Notes under the pieces: generated by a model | What the model saw: only the letters and a program-made list of their open reading frames with translations | The model's database searches: none | Told to the model about the DNA's origin: nothing | Assembly: GCA_903919075.1 (NCBI GenBank) | Contig: CAIXGR010000072.1 | Span: forward strand, 1,210-65,209 | Source: an uncultured Bacteroidota bacterium | GTDB lineage: Bacteria > Bacteroidota > Bacteroidia > Chitinophagales > LD1 | Direction of reading: 5' to 3' | Length of the DNA stretch: 64,000 nt | Program-made: the position numbers and the translations under genes | Shown: in pieces, positions 18,666 through 29,200 of the stretch | How the letters are laid out: each line of letters opens with the position of its first letter | How positions within the stretch are numbered: position 1 is the first letter of the stretch

Positions 18666-19880
18666 TTAGCTTCTCATTGCTTTTACTGCATCTAACCGCA
18701 TAATACCCCACAGCGGATAAATTGAAATTACGAGTGCGATGCAGAAAACAATGAAGGTTTCTTTCAAAAATATTAAAGGATCGATGGAAGAGACGATGAG
18801 CGGCTCCATGCCAAAATTGTTGTACATCTCTGCCATTTTACCGGTTACTCTTATAGGATTAATATGTAAATAATACATAATGGGTATAACTGCCACTAAG
18901 CCTGAAAATGCGCCAAGTAGGGAGATAAAAATGGTTTCGAGGATAACTGTAAATGCCAGTTTCCATTTTTTCATACCTACGGCAATCAATATTCCGAATT
19001 CATGAGTTCTTTCGGCAATCATCATTAGCACTGTGCCCAATATGCCGAAGCCTACAATCATATAAAGCAGGTCGCGCTGCAGGGCTTTGCTGGCTATATC
19101 GCCATCTAATTGTTGCTTTAGCTCCGGTAACATTTCCTGCCAATCCATTACTTCATAATCTTTACCTAATATTTTTCCGGCACCGGTAGCCACCTGTTCT
19201 GCCAATTTCGGTTCATCTATTATTAGCGCCAGCGATGTAAGGCGGTTATCTGCATCAAAAAGAATTTGTGCTTGGTGTAATGGAAGATAAACTGTGCGGT
19301 TATTTAATTCGCGTGAACCAAAAAGAACAATGCCCGCTACCGGATATTTTCCTGCGGCGTTCGAACCATGATAACCTTGCCCAATTAAAACAATAGTATC
19401 GTTTACTTTCAGTTTTAAATATTTGGCAAGGCCTTCGGCTACTAACGCACCGGGTTTATCGTTTTGCAAATACTGTCCTTCAATTAATTTCTTTTTAAGT
19501 CCGGTAAGTTTGTCTTCAGCTTCGGCTTCGGTACCAATAACCATTACACCCTTAGTGAAAGTTTCGGTAGAGGCCAATGAAAATGATTCAAGGCGCGGCA
19601 CCATACCGGTTATATGGGGCATGGTTTTTAATTGGGCCTGCAGTTTATCGTTGTTCTCGAAAGTATTATCCATAGTTTGTTCATCCCAATATCCTTTTTG
19701 ATGAACTTGTACATACCCGGTGTAAAAGCTAACCACGTTGCGCACCATATTATCGTTAATGCCATTAATTAACGACATGCTGGTGCAGGCCATTAACACC
19801 GCAAAAAATACCGATGCCATTGTGATAAGGCTGCGCCGCTTATTGCGCCAAATATTCCGCCATGCCAGTTTAAAAAACAT
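18666..19880 (-). CDS. ABC transporter permease (FtsX/LolC-E/MacB-like)
   Basis: LAWRNIWRNKRRS, GILGTVLMMIAERTHEFG; paralogous to 17324..18541. Confidence 0.92.
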   Translation of the reverse strand: MFFKLAWRNIWRNKRRSLITMASVFFAVLMACTSMSLINGINDNMVRNVVSFYTGYVQVHQKGYWDEQTMDNTFENNDKLQAQLKTMPHITGMVPRLESFSLASTETFTKGVMVIGTEAEAEDKLTGLKKKLIEGQYLQNDKPGALVAEGLAKYLKLKVNDTIVLIGQGYHGSNAAGKYPVAGIVLFGSRELNNRTVYLPLHQAQILFDADNRLTSLALIIDEPKLAEQVATGAGKILGKDYEVMDWQEMLPELKQQLDGDIASKALQRDLLYMIVGFGILGTVLMMIAERTHEFGILIAVGMKKWKLAFTVILETIFISLLGAFSGLVAVIPIMYYLHINPIRVTGKMAEMYNNFGMEPLIVSSIDPLIFLKETFIVFCIALVISIYPLWGIMRLDAVKAMRS

Positions 19881-19891
19881 ATTAAAAGTTT

Positions 19892-20653
19892 TTAGCGAAT
19901 CTTCTTCAGGTTCTGTTCAGAGAAAAAATCATCAGGATAAGCTTCATCAAAAACTAAAACTGAATAGTTAATAATGGTTTTGTTTCCTTTTTTAGTTTTA
20001 TCGGCCGGTATCATTTCCATGTGGCTGGCCAGTGTTTTGCCACCCATGTTTTTTATATCAGATGCCATCATGATATTTACCAGCTGCCCGTCTTCATCAT
20101 AATTTTCTCCCCTTAGTTGTATGTATTCCTTCTTATCTATCCAAGTATATATTTTACCCCACACCACCGGTGCATTGGGTAAAGGAAGCAACTCTATTTT
20201 CCAGCAGGCGCGGCCATCAATAGATGTATCGCCAACAATTTTTTGGTTATAATCATTTACAATGGAAGATTCTCTTACCAAATCATCATTGGTAAAATCA
20301 GAACCCATCCAGGATTGCATCATCATAGAAGGTGGTAGTTTTATTACACGGTCGATACTGGGTTGCCAGTTCCATATTTCTTTTTTGCGTTTTAATGTAG
20401 CGGTACCTTTATCGCGCGCAGGTGCTGTAACTAACACCAAAGAAAGTTCAGTTCCATTCGACCACATTTTTAGCGACATTTCGCGCGTCCAGCTGGGGCG
20501 CACAATCTTCATGGTAAATTCGCCGCGAGAAGATTTGCCTCTCAGCTTTTCATCCACCTTGCGGATAATTTCTTTAGCATCTTGCGCATTTGCATTGTTT
20601 GCACTCAATACTATAGCCGCTATAATTAATAAACTGAGCTTTTTCATTTTCAT
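19892..20653 (-). CDS. Outer membrane lipoprotein-sorting protein (LolA-like family)
   Basis: Signal peptide; PARDKGTATLK...WNWQPSIDRVIKLPPSMMMQSWMGSDFTNDDL...FFSEQNLKK. Confidence 0.88.
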   Translation of the reverse strand: MKMKKLSLLIIAAIVLSANNANAQDAKEIIRKVDEKLRGKSSRGEFTMKIVRPSWTREMSLKMWSNGTELSLVLVTAPARDKGTATLKRKKEIWNWQPSIDRVIKLPPSMMMQSWMGSDFTNDDLVRESSIVNDYNQKIVGDTSIDGRACWKIELLPLPNAPVVWGKIYTWIDKKEYIQLRGENYDEDGQLVNIMMASDIKNMGGKTLASHMEMIPADKTKKGNKTIINYSVLVFDEAYPDDFFSEQNLKKIR

Positions 20654-21240
20654 TTCTTCGTTGTTTTCGGCGTGCAGTAATCTTTAATAATCTGTTTTTT
20701 TAAAGCGCTTAAAGGATACTTACTACCATACATAATATAGTTGAGCACAATGCCATCCATTAAAGCGCCTATTATTAAACTTTCAATAAAACCTTCTTTT
20801 TTTCCTTTACCGGTTATTACAGTGGCCCATTCCTGGCTTTTTTTATACGCGTTTTTGGTAAACTCTTTTGTTTCGGACATTACACCGGGTTGCAATGTTA
20901 TTACGGTTAAAAGTTTCAGATACTCGGGTTGTTGTTCCATCATATCAAAGGTCATTTCAATAATGGCTTTCTTTCTTAAGTTAGGATCTTTGATATTCAT
21001 TTTAGAGAGCACCATGTCCTCTCCCATTTTCATGGCCGCATTAAAAATTGCCAGTAGAATACTTTTTTTGCTTTCGTAGTAATTATATATGAGGCCTTTT
21101 GAGATACCGGCTTTTTTAGATATGCTTTCGATAGAAGTGGCTTCGTACCCTTTATTAGCAAATAACTGTAAGGCTGCCGAAAGAATTTTCTCTTTGCTCT
21201 TTTCTCTTAACTCTTCAAACTGTTCGGGGCGACGTGGCAT
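20650..21240 (-). CDS. TetR/AcrR family transcriptional regulator
   Basis: ILSAALQLFANKGYEATSIESISKKAGISKGLIYNYYESK helix-turn-helix; 4-bp overlap with the next gene. Confidence 0.95.
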   Translation of the reverse strand: MPRRPEQFEELREKSKEKILSAALQLFANKGYEATSIESISKKAGISKGLIYNYYESKKSILLAIFNAAMKMGEDMVLSKMNIKDPNLRKKAIIEMTFDMMEQQPEYLKLLTVITLQPGVMSETKEFTKNAYKKSQEWATVITGKGKKEGFIESLIIGALMDGIVLNYIMYGSKYPLSALKKQIIKDYCTPKTTKK

Positions 21241-21251
21241 ATTTTTTATTA

Positions 21252-21271
21252 TTGACTAAACGGTCAGTCAA
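21252..21271. promoter_or_regulatory. Probable TetR operator (TTGACTAAACGGTCAGTCAA)
   Basis: Imperfect 20-bp palindrome (16/20 positions symmetric, perfect TTGACT/AGTCAA ends) about 11 bp upstream of the tetR start, the usual autoregulatory position. Confidence 0.7.
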
Positions 21272-21541
21272 AAATAAACAGGTTTTTTTGAATTGCCAAA
21301 TGCGGGTAATGATTCTCGACCCTATCCCATTCTTTACTGGCATAACAATATATTGATTATCATTAATTTGCATTTTATAGGGTGGTAACAGGTGGTAACA
21401 CTTCTATCGTCTTAATTAATTGATTATAAATGATATGCATTAAAAAGTGTAACCCCCTTTCAACTATAAGCTTATCTTAGCGGAAATCTGCTAATTTGCA
21501 GTATTAAGCTCACCCAATTCATTGAATTCAAATAACATATT

Positions 21542-23188
21542 ATGGAAATAAGCCCCTTTGCCGGAAAACAGGCGCAACCTTCGATGCTGGTGAACGTGCC
21601 ACGATTGATTACTGATTATTATTCTTTGAAACCTGATGCCTTAATATCTGAACAGCAGGTTGCGTTCGGTACTTCCGGCCATCGGGGCTCGGCTTTTAAA
21701 AAGGCTTTTAATGAAAACCATATTCTGGCAATTACCCAGGCTATTTGTGTATACCGGAAAGAACAAAAAATTGACGGGCCGTTGTTTTTGGGTATAGATA
21801 CACATGCGCTTTCAGCTCCTGCCTTTGTTACTGCATTAGAAGTGCTTGCAGCAAACCATGTGCAGGTAATGATTGCTGAAAAGGATGAATACACCCCGAC
21901 ACCGGTTATTTCGAATGCCATACTGAACTACAACCGTGGACGCAAAACCGGTTTGGCTGATGGCATAGTGATTACCCCTTCGCATAACCCACCGGCTGAT
22001 GGTGGCTTTAAATATAATCCGCCGAACGGTGGCCCGTCATCATCGGCGGTAAGTAAATGGATACAGGATAAAGCTAATGAATACATGAGTAGTGGCTTAA
22101 AAGACGTAAAAAAAATAACGTACGAAAAAGCGCTTACAGCACCATCAACGCACCGGTACGACTATTTGAATACCTATATAGAAGATTTGAAAACGGTGAT
22201 TGATTTTGAAGCTATCCGGCATTCAAAAATCCGCATTGGTGTTGACCCGCTTGGTGGCGCGGGCGTTCACTACTGGGAACCGATTGCAGAGCTTTATGAT
22301 TTGGATATTACAGTTATAAACAAAACTGTTGACCCTACCTTCAGCTTTATGACCGTAGATTGGGATGGGCAAATACGCATGGACCCTTCATCGGTTTATG
22401 CTATGCAGAGTTTAATAAAAATGAAAGAGCAATTCGATATTTCGTTTGCTTGCGATACCGATCACGACAGGCATGGAATTGTAACTAAAAGCGCGGGGCT
22501 GCTTCCGCCTAATCATTATTTATCTGCAGCAATATTTTATCTTTTGCAACATCGGCCTAAATGGAACAAGAATGCTGCCATTGGTAAAACCTTAGTTAGC
22601 AGCAGTATGATTGACCGAGTAACCGCTAAGTTGGGACGCAAACTGAATGAGGTGCCGGTAGGATTCAAATGGTTTGTAGATGGATTATACGATGGTTCAC
22701 TTTGCTTTGGTGGCGAGGAAAGCGCAGGGGCCTCCTTTTCGCGCATAGATGGTACAGTATGGAGCACTGATAAAGATGGAATAATACCGTGCCTGCTTTC
22801 GGCTGAGATGATGGCGGTAACCGGAAAAGATGCGGGTAAAATTTATAAAGGATTGACACAAGAATTCGGCGAATCGTTTTATGATAGAATAGAAGCTGCA
22901 GCAACGCCTGAACAAAAAGCATTGCTCAGTAATCTTTCTCCAAAACAAGTACAATCGAAAGAACTAGCGGGAGAGAAAATAGAAAACATACTTACCACAG
23001 CACCGGGTAATAATGCTGCCATTGGCGGATTAAAAGCTGTTACCGAAAACGGCTGGTTTGCCGCAAGGCCCTCGGGCACTGAAAATATTTATAAAATTTA
23101 TGCCGAAAGTTTTAAGGGGAAAGAGCATTTGCAGGTTATTTTAGCCGAAGCACAGGTTATTGTAAACAATACCTTAACCAAAATTTAA
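21542..23188 (+). CDS. pgm: Phosphoglucomutase (alpha-D-glucose-1,6-bisphosphate-dependent)
   Basis: FGTSGHRG, phosphoserine loop ITPSHNPP, metal loop CDTDHDRH, GGEESAG, RPSGTE; 548 aa, E. coli Pgm type. Confidence 0.96.
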   Translation: MEISPFAGKQAQPSMLVNVPRLITDYYSLKPDALISEQQVAFGTSGHRGSAFKKAFNENHILAITQAICVYRKEQKIDGPLFLGIDTHALSAPAFVTALEVLAANHVQVMIAEKDEYTPTPVISNAILNYNRGRKTGLADGIVITPSHNPPADGGFKYNPPNGGPSSSAVSKWIQDKANEYMSSGLKDVKKITYEKALTAPSTHRYDYLNTYIEDLKTVIDFEAIRHSKIRIGVDPLGGAGVHYWEPIAELYDLDITVINKTVDPTFSFMTVDWDGQIRMDPSSVYAMQSLIKMKEQFDISFACDTDHDRHGIVTKSAGLLPPNHYLSAAIFYLLQHRPKWNKNAAIGKTLVSSSMIDRVTAKLGRKLNEVPVGFKWFVDGLYDGSLCFGGEESAGASFSRIDGTVWSTDKDGIIPCLLSAEMMAVTGKDAGKIYKGLTQEFGESFYDRIEAAATPEQKALLSNLSPKQVQSKELAGEKIENILTTAPGNNAAIGGLKAVTENGWFAARPSGTENIYKIYAESFKGKEHLQVILAEAQVIVNNTLTKI

Positions 23189-23209
23189 TTAGAAAAGGAA
23201 CGAAGAATT

Positions 23210-26200
23210 ATGAAGGAGACAGTGTATGAACTTTTAACGGACTTGAAATTATATTTTCTGGGAAACGGTGCCCCTGCTAAGTATACCATGGAAGAGCCTT
23301 TGCGAGCCGAATTGTTTAGCTCGGGCCAAATGCAGCATTACAGTAGTGGTTTGGCGAAGTTGCATAAGGTAAGTAAAAAGCCGCTACCGGACCGCTTATT
23401 AATAAGGCTGGCCGATAACGAAAAGGTTTTACTTGAAGTGCGCAATTTGCTTACCGAAGCAATTAAAGATAACTACCTGATTACACCGGCAGGCGAATGG
23501 CTACTGGATAACTTTTATTTAATAGAAGAACAAGTTCGCACGGCCAAAAAACACTTACCTAAAGTATATAGCGAGGGGTTGCCGCAATTAATAAGTGGCC
23601 CGTCAGCCGGCTTGCCGCGGGTATATGATATTGCGCTCGAAATTATTTCGCATAGCGATGGAAGAATTGACCTTGAAAGTTTAAATAATTTTTTGGAGGC
23701 TTATCAATCAGTTACTCCATTTCAGTTAGGCGAATTGTGGGGTGTGCCTATCATGCTTCGCTTAGCGTTGATTGAAAATCTGCGTCGGGTTTCTGCACGT
23801 ATTGCTATTGATAGGATAAACCGAAACCTTGCCGACCACTGGGCAAAGCTATTTATTCATACCACCGAAAATGATGCGAAGAACCTGGTGTTGGTAATAG
23901 CCGATATGGCGCGTTCGAATCCGCCACTAGAACGGGCTTTTGTTGCAGAACTAACAAGGCAGTTGAGCGGCAAAGGCCCCACTTTAGCACAACCGCTTTA
24001 CTGGATTGAAGAACGTTTAATTGAAAACGGACAGACCAGTAATGAATTAGTACAGGATGAAAATCAAAACCAGGCTGCCGACCAAGTTTCGGTAAGTAAC
24101 AGTATCGGAAGCCTTCGCACTTTGGGCAGTATGGACTGGCGTGAGTTTGTTGAGCATAATAGTTTTGTTGAGCATACACTTCGGCAGGATAAAATTTATT
24201 CTTTGATGGATTTTTCAACCCGCGATCATTACCGGCACGTGGTTGAGCGTATTGCAAAAAAATCCACTTTCTCCGAAGCCGAAGTGGCACAGGTAGCCAT
24301 TCGCTTATCGCAGGAGAATGCCAAAAACAATGGGGCTGAGGACCGCAAATCGCATGTGGGTTATTTTTTAATTGGCGATGGGATGGAGCAAACTGAACAG
24401 GGTGCTAAAATGCCTTTGTCTGTTTTTAATAAGATGCGCCGAAAACTTAAAGGTTTTCCCTTAACAATATATTTAGGCTCTATCTTTTTAATTACAATGG
24501 CGTTAAGTGCCCTTATAGTTTATAAAGTATATGCAGATACAGAGCAGCTTTGGTTGATAATATTTGTCGGGGCGCTATCATTAATATGTACCGGTCAGCT
24601 AGCGGTAACGTTGGTTAATTTTCTTTGCACCTTAACTGTTTACCCTAAGTTACTCCCGCGAATGGATTTTGCATATGGCATTCCTAATGATGCACATACT
24701 TTGGTTGCTATACCTTCTATGCTTACCAATTCAAAGGACATTGAAGATTTAGTAGAGGCACTGGAGGTACGTTATTTGGCTAACAAAGATGAGAACCTGC
24801 AATTTGGATTATTAACCGATTTTACTGATGCCAAGGAAAAAGAATTACCCAGTGATAATGCCTTAGTTGAATTAGCGCAACAAAAAATTGAAGAACTGAA
24901 CAGTAAATATGGCCGCGAAAAAAATGATTTGTTTTATCTTTTCCATCGGCCGCGAAAATGGAATGCTGGTGAAAAAATTTGGATGGGCTATGAAAGAAAG
25001 CGCGGAAAGCTTGCCGAATTGAACCAACTACTTCGCGGAAATGTCAGGGATAATTTTTCGGTTATCGTTGGTGAACTAGATTTGCTTCAAAGTGTAAAAT
25101 ATATTATCACGCTGGATTCGGACACTCAGCTTCCACGAGACTCGGCCTGGAAAATTATTGGCACGATGGCGCATCCGCTTAACCGTGCCATATATAACGA
25201 AAAAAAGCAACGCGTTACCGAAGGCTACGGCATATTGCAGCCGCGAGTATCAGTAAGTATGACTGACACCGATACATCGCTATACGCGCGCATTAATGGT
25301 AACGAACCTGGCCTTGACCCATATACACGCGCTACTTCCGACGTATATCAAGACTTATTTAACGAAGGTTCTTTTATTGGAAAAGGAATTTACGATTTGG
25401 ATATTTTCGAAAAAGCACTGAAAGATAAATTTCCTGAAAACAGAATTCTGAGCCATGATTTGTTGGAAGGATGCTATGCCCGCTGTGGCCTTTTAAGCGA
25501 TGTGCAGTTGTACGAAAAATACCCAACCCGTTACGATACCGATATGATGCGCCGTCACAGGTGGATACGAGGCGACCTGCAAATTGCGGCCTGGTATACA
25601 CCGTTTGTTCCTGACAAAAACAGGCACTGGCGCGCTAACCCGCTTTCGTCTTTATCGCGCTGGAAAATATTTGACAACATCAGGCGTAGCTTGGTGCCCA
25701 TTGCATTTACTTTATTTGTTATAGTGGCTTGGCTGTTTTTACCGGCTGCCGCCATCTGGACACTTATTGTAACTGCTATTGTTATTCTACCGGTTATTAT
25801 AAGCGCCATTTGGGATCTTGTTCGCAAACCTAAGGACCTCATTTTGTCGCACCATCTTATCGTTTCAAGCCGGTCGGCAGGCAGTGCAGCTATTAGAACC
25901 TTGTTCACCATGATATGCCTTCCTTACGAGGCATATATCAGCTTACAGGTAATTGTGCAAACCAGTTGGCGAATGATGATAACACATAGAAAACTTTTAG
26001 AATGGGTGCCTTCAGCAAAAGCGGAACGGAGTAAGCAAAAAACATTATTTAACTCATATTTATCAATGTGGGTTGAAGCATTACTGGGAATATGCATTGC
26101 TGTTTATTTAATGCGTACATCACCGGTTACACTTGATATAGCAGGGCCTATATTGTTTTTATGGATAATTGCGCCTTACATTACCTGGTGGGTAAGCAAG

Positions 26201-29200
26201 CCTTTAGCAAGGCAGGTAGCCGAGTTAAGTGCCGAAGGAAAAATATTTCTTCAAAAACTGGCGCGCAAAACCTGGACATTCTTTGAAGTATTTGTTACCC
26301 CCGCCGAAAACTGGTTGCCCCCCGATAACTTTCAAGAAGTGCCTACTGCTGTAATTGCACATCGCACATCGCCTACTAACATTGGTCTTTCGCTATTATC
26401 GAATCTTACTGCTTATGATTTTGGCTATATCACCCCTGGTGAGTTTATTGAACGCAGCACCGGCACAATTGCCACCCTGCAAAAAATGGAACGCTACAGC
26501 GGTCATTTTTATAATTGGTACGATACCCTTTCTTTAAAACCACTTTGGCCGCGTTATATTTCGACCGTTGATAGTGGCAACTTTGCAGGCCACATGCTTA
26601 CATTGCGCCAAGGCATTATTGCCCTGCCTGATCAAAAAGTAGCAGACGTAAAACTATTAAATGGCATTACCGACACCTTTAGGGTATTGGCCGATACGGT
26701 TGAACAAAAAGATCTGGCAAATCTTCGTCCGTTCAAAGCAGCGCTCGAAAAGCTAGCTTCATTCCAACCAAAAAATTTGAGTGATGTAAAACATAGCCTT
26801 ACGGAATTACTGAACAGCTTTGCACCAGTAACCAAAAATATTACTACAAATACCGAAAGCGAAACATACCGGTGGTGCGAAATACTAACCAAACAAATTG
26901 AAAAACATATTGATGAGCTTAATACTGTAGCCCCATGGATATTATTAACTAATCCACCGATTAAGTTCAATAACCTGTATGCCTTCAATCATATTCCCTC
27001 GTTAAATGAATTAGCCGGAATAGATGTTTTATTAGTTTCCGAAATTAATAGCTTAGAAAATACCGCTAATACTATTGAGGAAAATAACTGGCTGAACGCT
27101 TTCAAAACTTCATTAACCGAAGCCAGTAAACGTGCCAACGAAAAAATAGTAGCGCTTGAGCTACTAGCCACCCAATGCACCGAGTTGGCTAACATGGAAT
27201 ATGATTTCCTTTACGACAAAGCAAAGCATTTACTTACCATTGGATACAATGTTGAAGAGCATCGTTCGGATCCAAGTTTTTATGATTTGCTGGCTTCCGA
27301 AGCAAGGCTTAGTACCTTTGTAGGTATTGCACAAGGCAAGTTACCACAGGAAAGCTGGTTTGCATTAAGCCGGTTACTTACAAATGCCGGCGGCAGGCCT
27401 ATTCTGCTTTCATGGAGCGGTTCCATGTTCGAATACCTGATGCCCATTTTAGTAATGCCTTCGTACGAAAATACTTTGCTAAGCCAAACTGATAAAGCTG
27501 CTGTGCAACGCCAAATTGAATACGGACAACAGCGTGGCGTGCCTTGGGGTATTTCCGAATCGTGCTACAATATGGTTGATGCTGCGCTTAATTATCAATA
27601 CCGTGCATTTGGTGTACCGGGGCTGGGTCTTAAACGTGGACTAGGTGATGACCTGGTTATTGCGCCATATGCAACTGCAATGGCGTTAATGGTTGAACCT
27701 GAAAAAGCATTCGAGAATCTTAAAACAATGGCCGCCGAAGGCTTTGAAGGCAAGTATGGTTTTTACGAAGCAGTAGATTACACCCCATCGCGTTTACAAC
27801 GCGGACAAACCAATGTGGTTATACAATCATACATGGCGCACCATCATGGCATGAGCTTTTTATCAATGGCTTATTTGCTGCTTAACAAACCCATGCAGCA
27901 ACGTTTTGAAGCTGAGCCGCAGTTTCAGGCTACGTTATTATTACTGCAGGAAAGAATACCCAAAGCCACATCGTTCTTTGCGCACACCACCGATTTAATT
28001 GAAAACATTACAACACCAAGCGAACCGGAAATAAGAATTATTAATACACCGGATACTGCTATGCCAGGCATTCAGCTTTTATCTAACGGCAAATATCACG
28101 TTATGTTAACCAATGCCGGTGGGGGATACAGCAGGTGGAAAGACCTTGCTGTTACCCGGTGGAGGGAAGATGGCACCCGCGATAATTGGGGTACATTTTG
28201 CTATATACGCGATGTTGATACAGGTGCATTCTGGTCAACCTCATATCAGCCTACACTTCAAAAATTAAAAAATTACGAAGCTGCATTTTCACAGGGCCGT
28301 GCCGATTTCAGAGGTTCATATAATAAAATAGAAACACATACCGAGATTGTAGTATCGCCCGAAGATGACATTGAAATGAGGAGGATACATATTACTAACC
28401 GGTCCGGTAGAACCAAAACTATTGATGTTACAAGTTATGCCGAAGTAGTAATAGCACCGGCAGCAGCCGATGCTATGCACCCGGCTTTTGGCAATCTGTT
28501 TGTACAAACCGAAATTATACCGGGTAAGAATGCCATATTCTGTACTCGCCGTCCGCGTTCGGTTGATGAAAAGCAACCGTGGATGCTTCACCTCATGAAA
28601 GTTCATGGTAAAAATGCAGATGAAGTTTCTTACGAAACTGACCGGTTGGCATTTATAGGCCGTGGAAAAACTTTAGCCAATCCTGATGCTATGAAAAAGG
28701 CGGGTCCGCTTTCCGGTGGGCAAGGCTCTGTACTCGACCCCATTGTAGCAGTTCGTCACCGGATAACTCTTGAACCGGATGAGAAAGTAGAAATAGATAT
28801 GATTACCGGTATAGGGGAAACACGGGAGATATGCCAAAACCTTGCCGATAAATATCAGGACAAGCATCATAAAGACCGCGTTTTTGAATTAGCATGGACG
28901 CATAACCAAGTTGTGCTGCGTCAAATAAATGCTACCGAAGGCGATGCTCAACTTTATTCCCGCCTCGCCAATTCAGTAATATTTGTGAATCCGGCTTTAC
29001 GTGCCGAGCAAGCCATTCTTGTTAAGAATAATCGCGGGCAATCAGGTTTGTGGCCTTATTCTATCTCCGGTGATTTGCCTATTGTTCTTTTAAAAATTGA
29101 AGAGCATACTGAAATTGAATTGGTACGCCAAATGGTGCAGGCGCACACTTACTGGAGATTGAAAGGCCTTACAGTTGATTTAGTAATATGGAACGACAGC

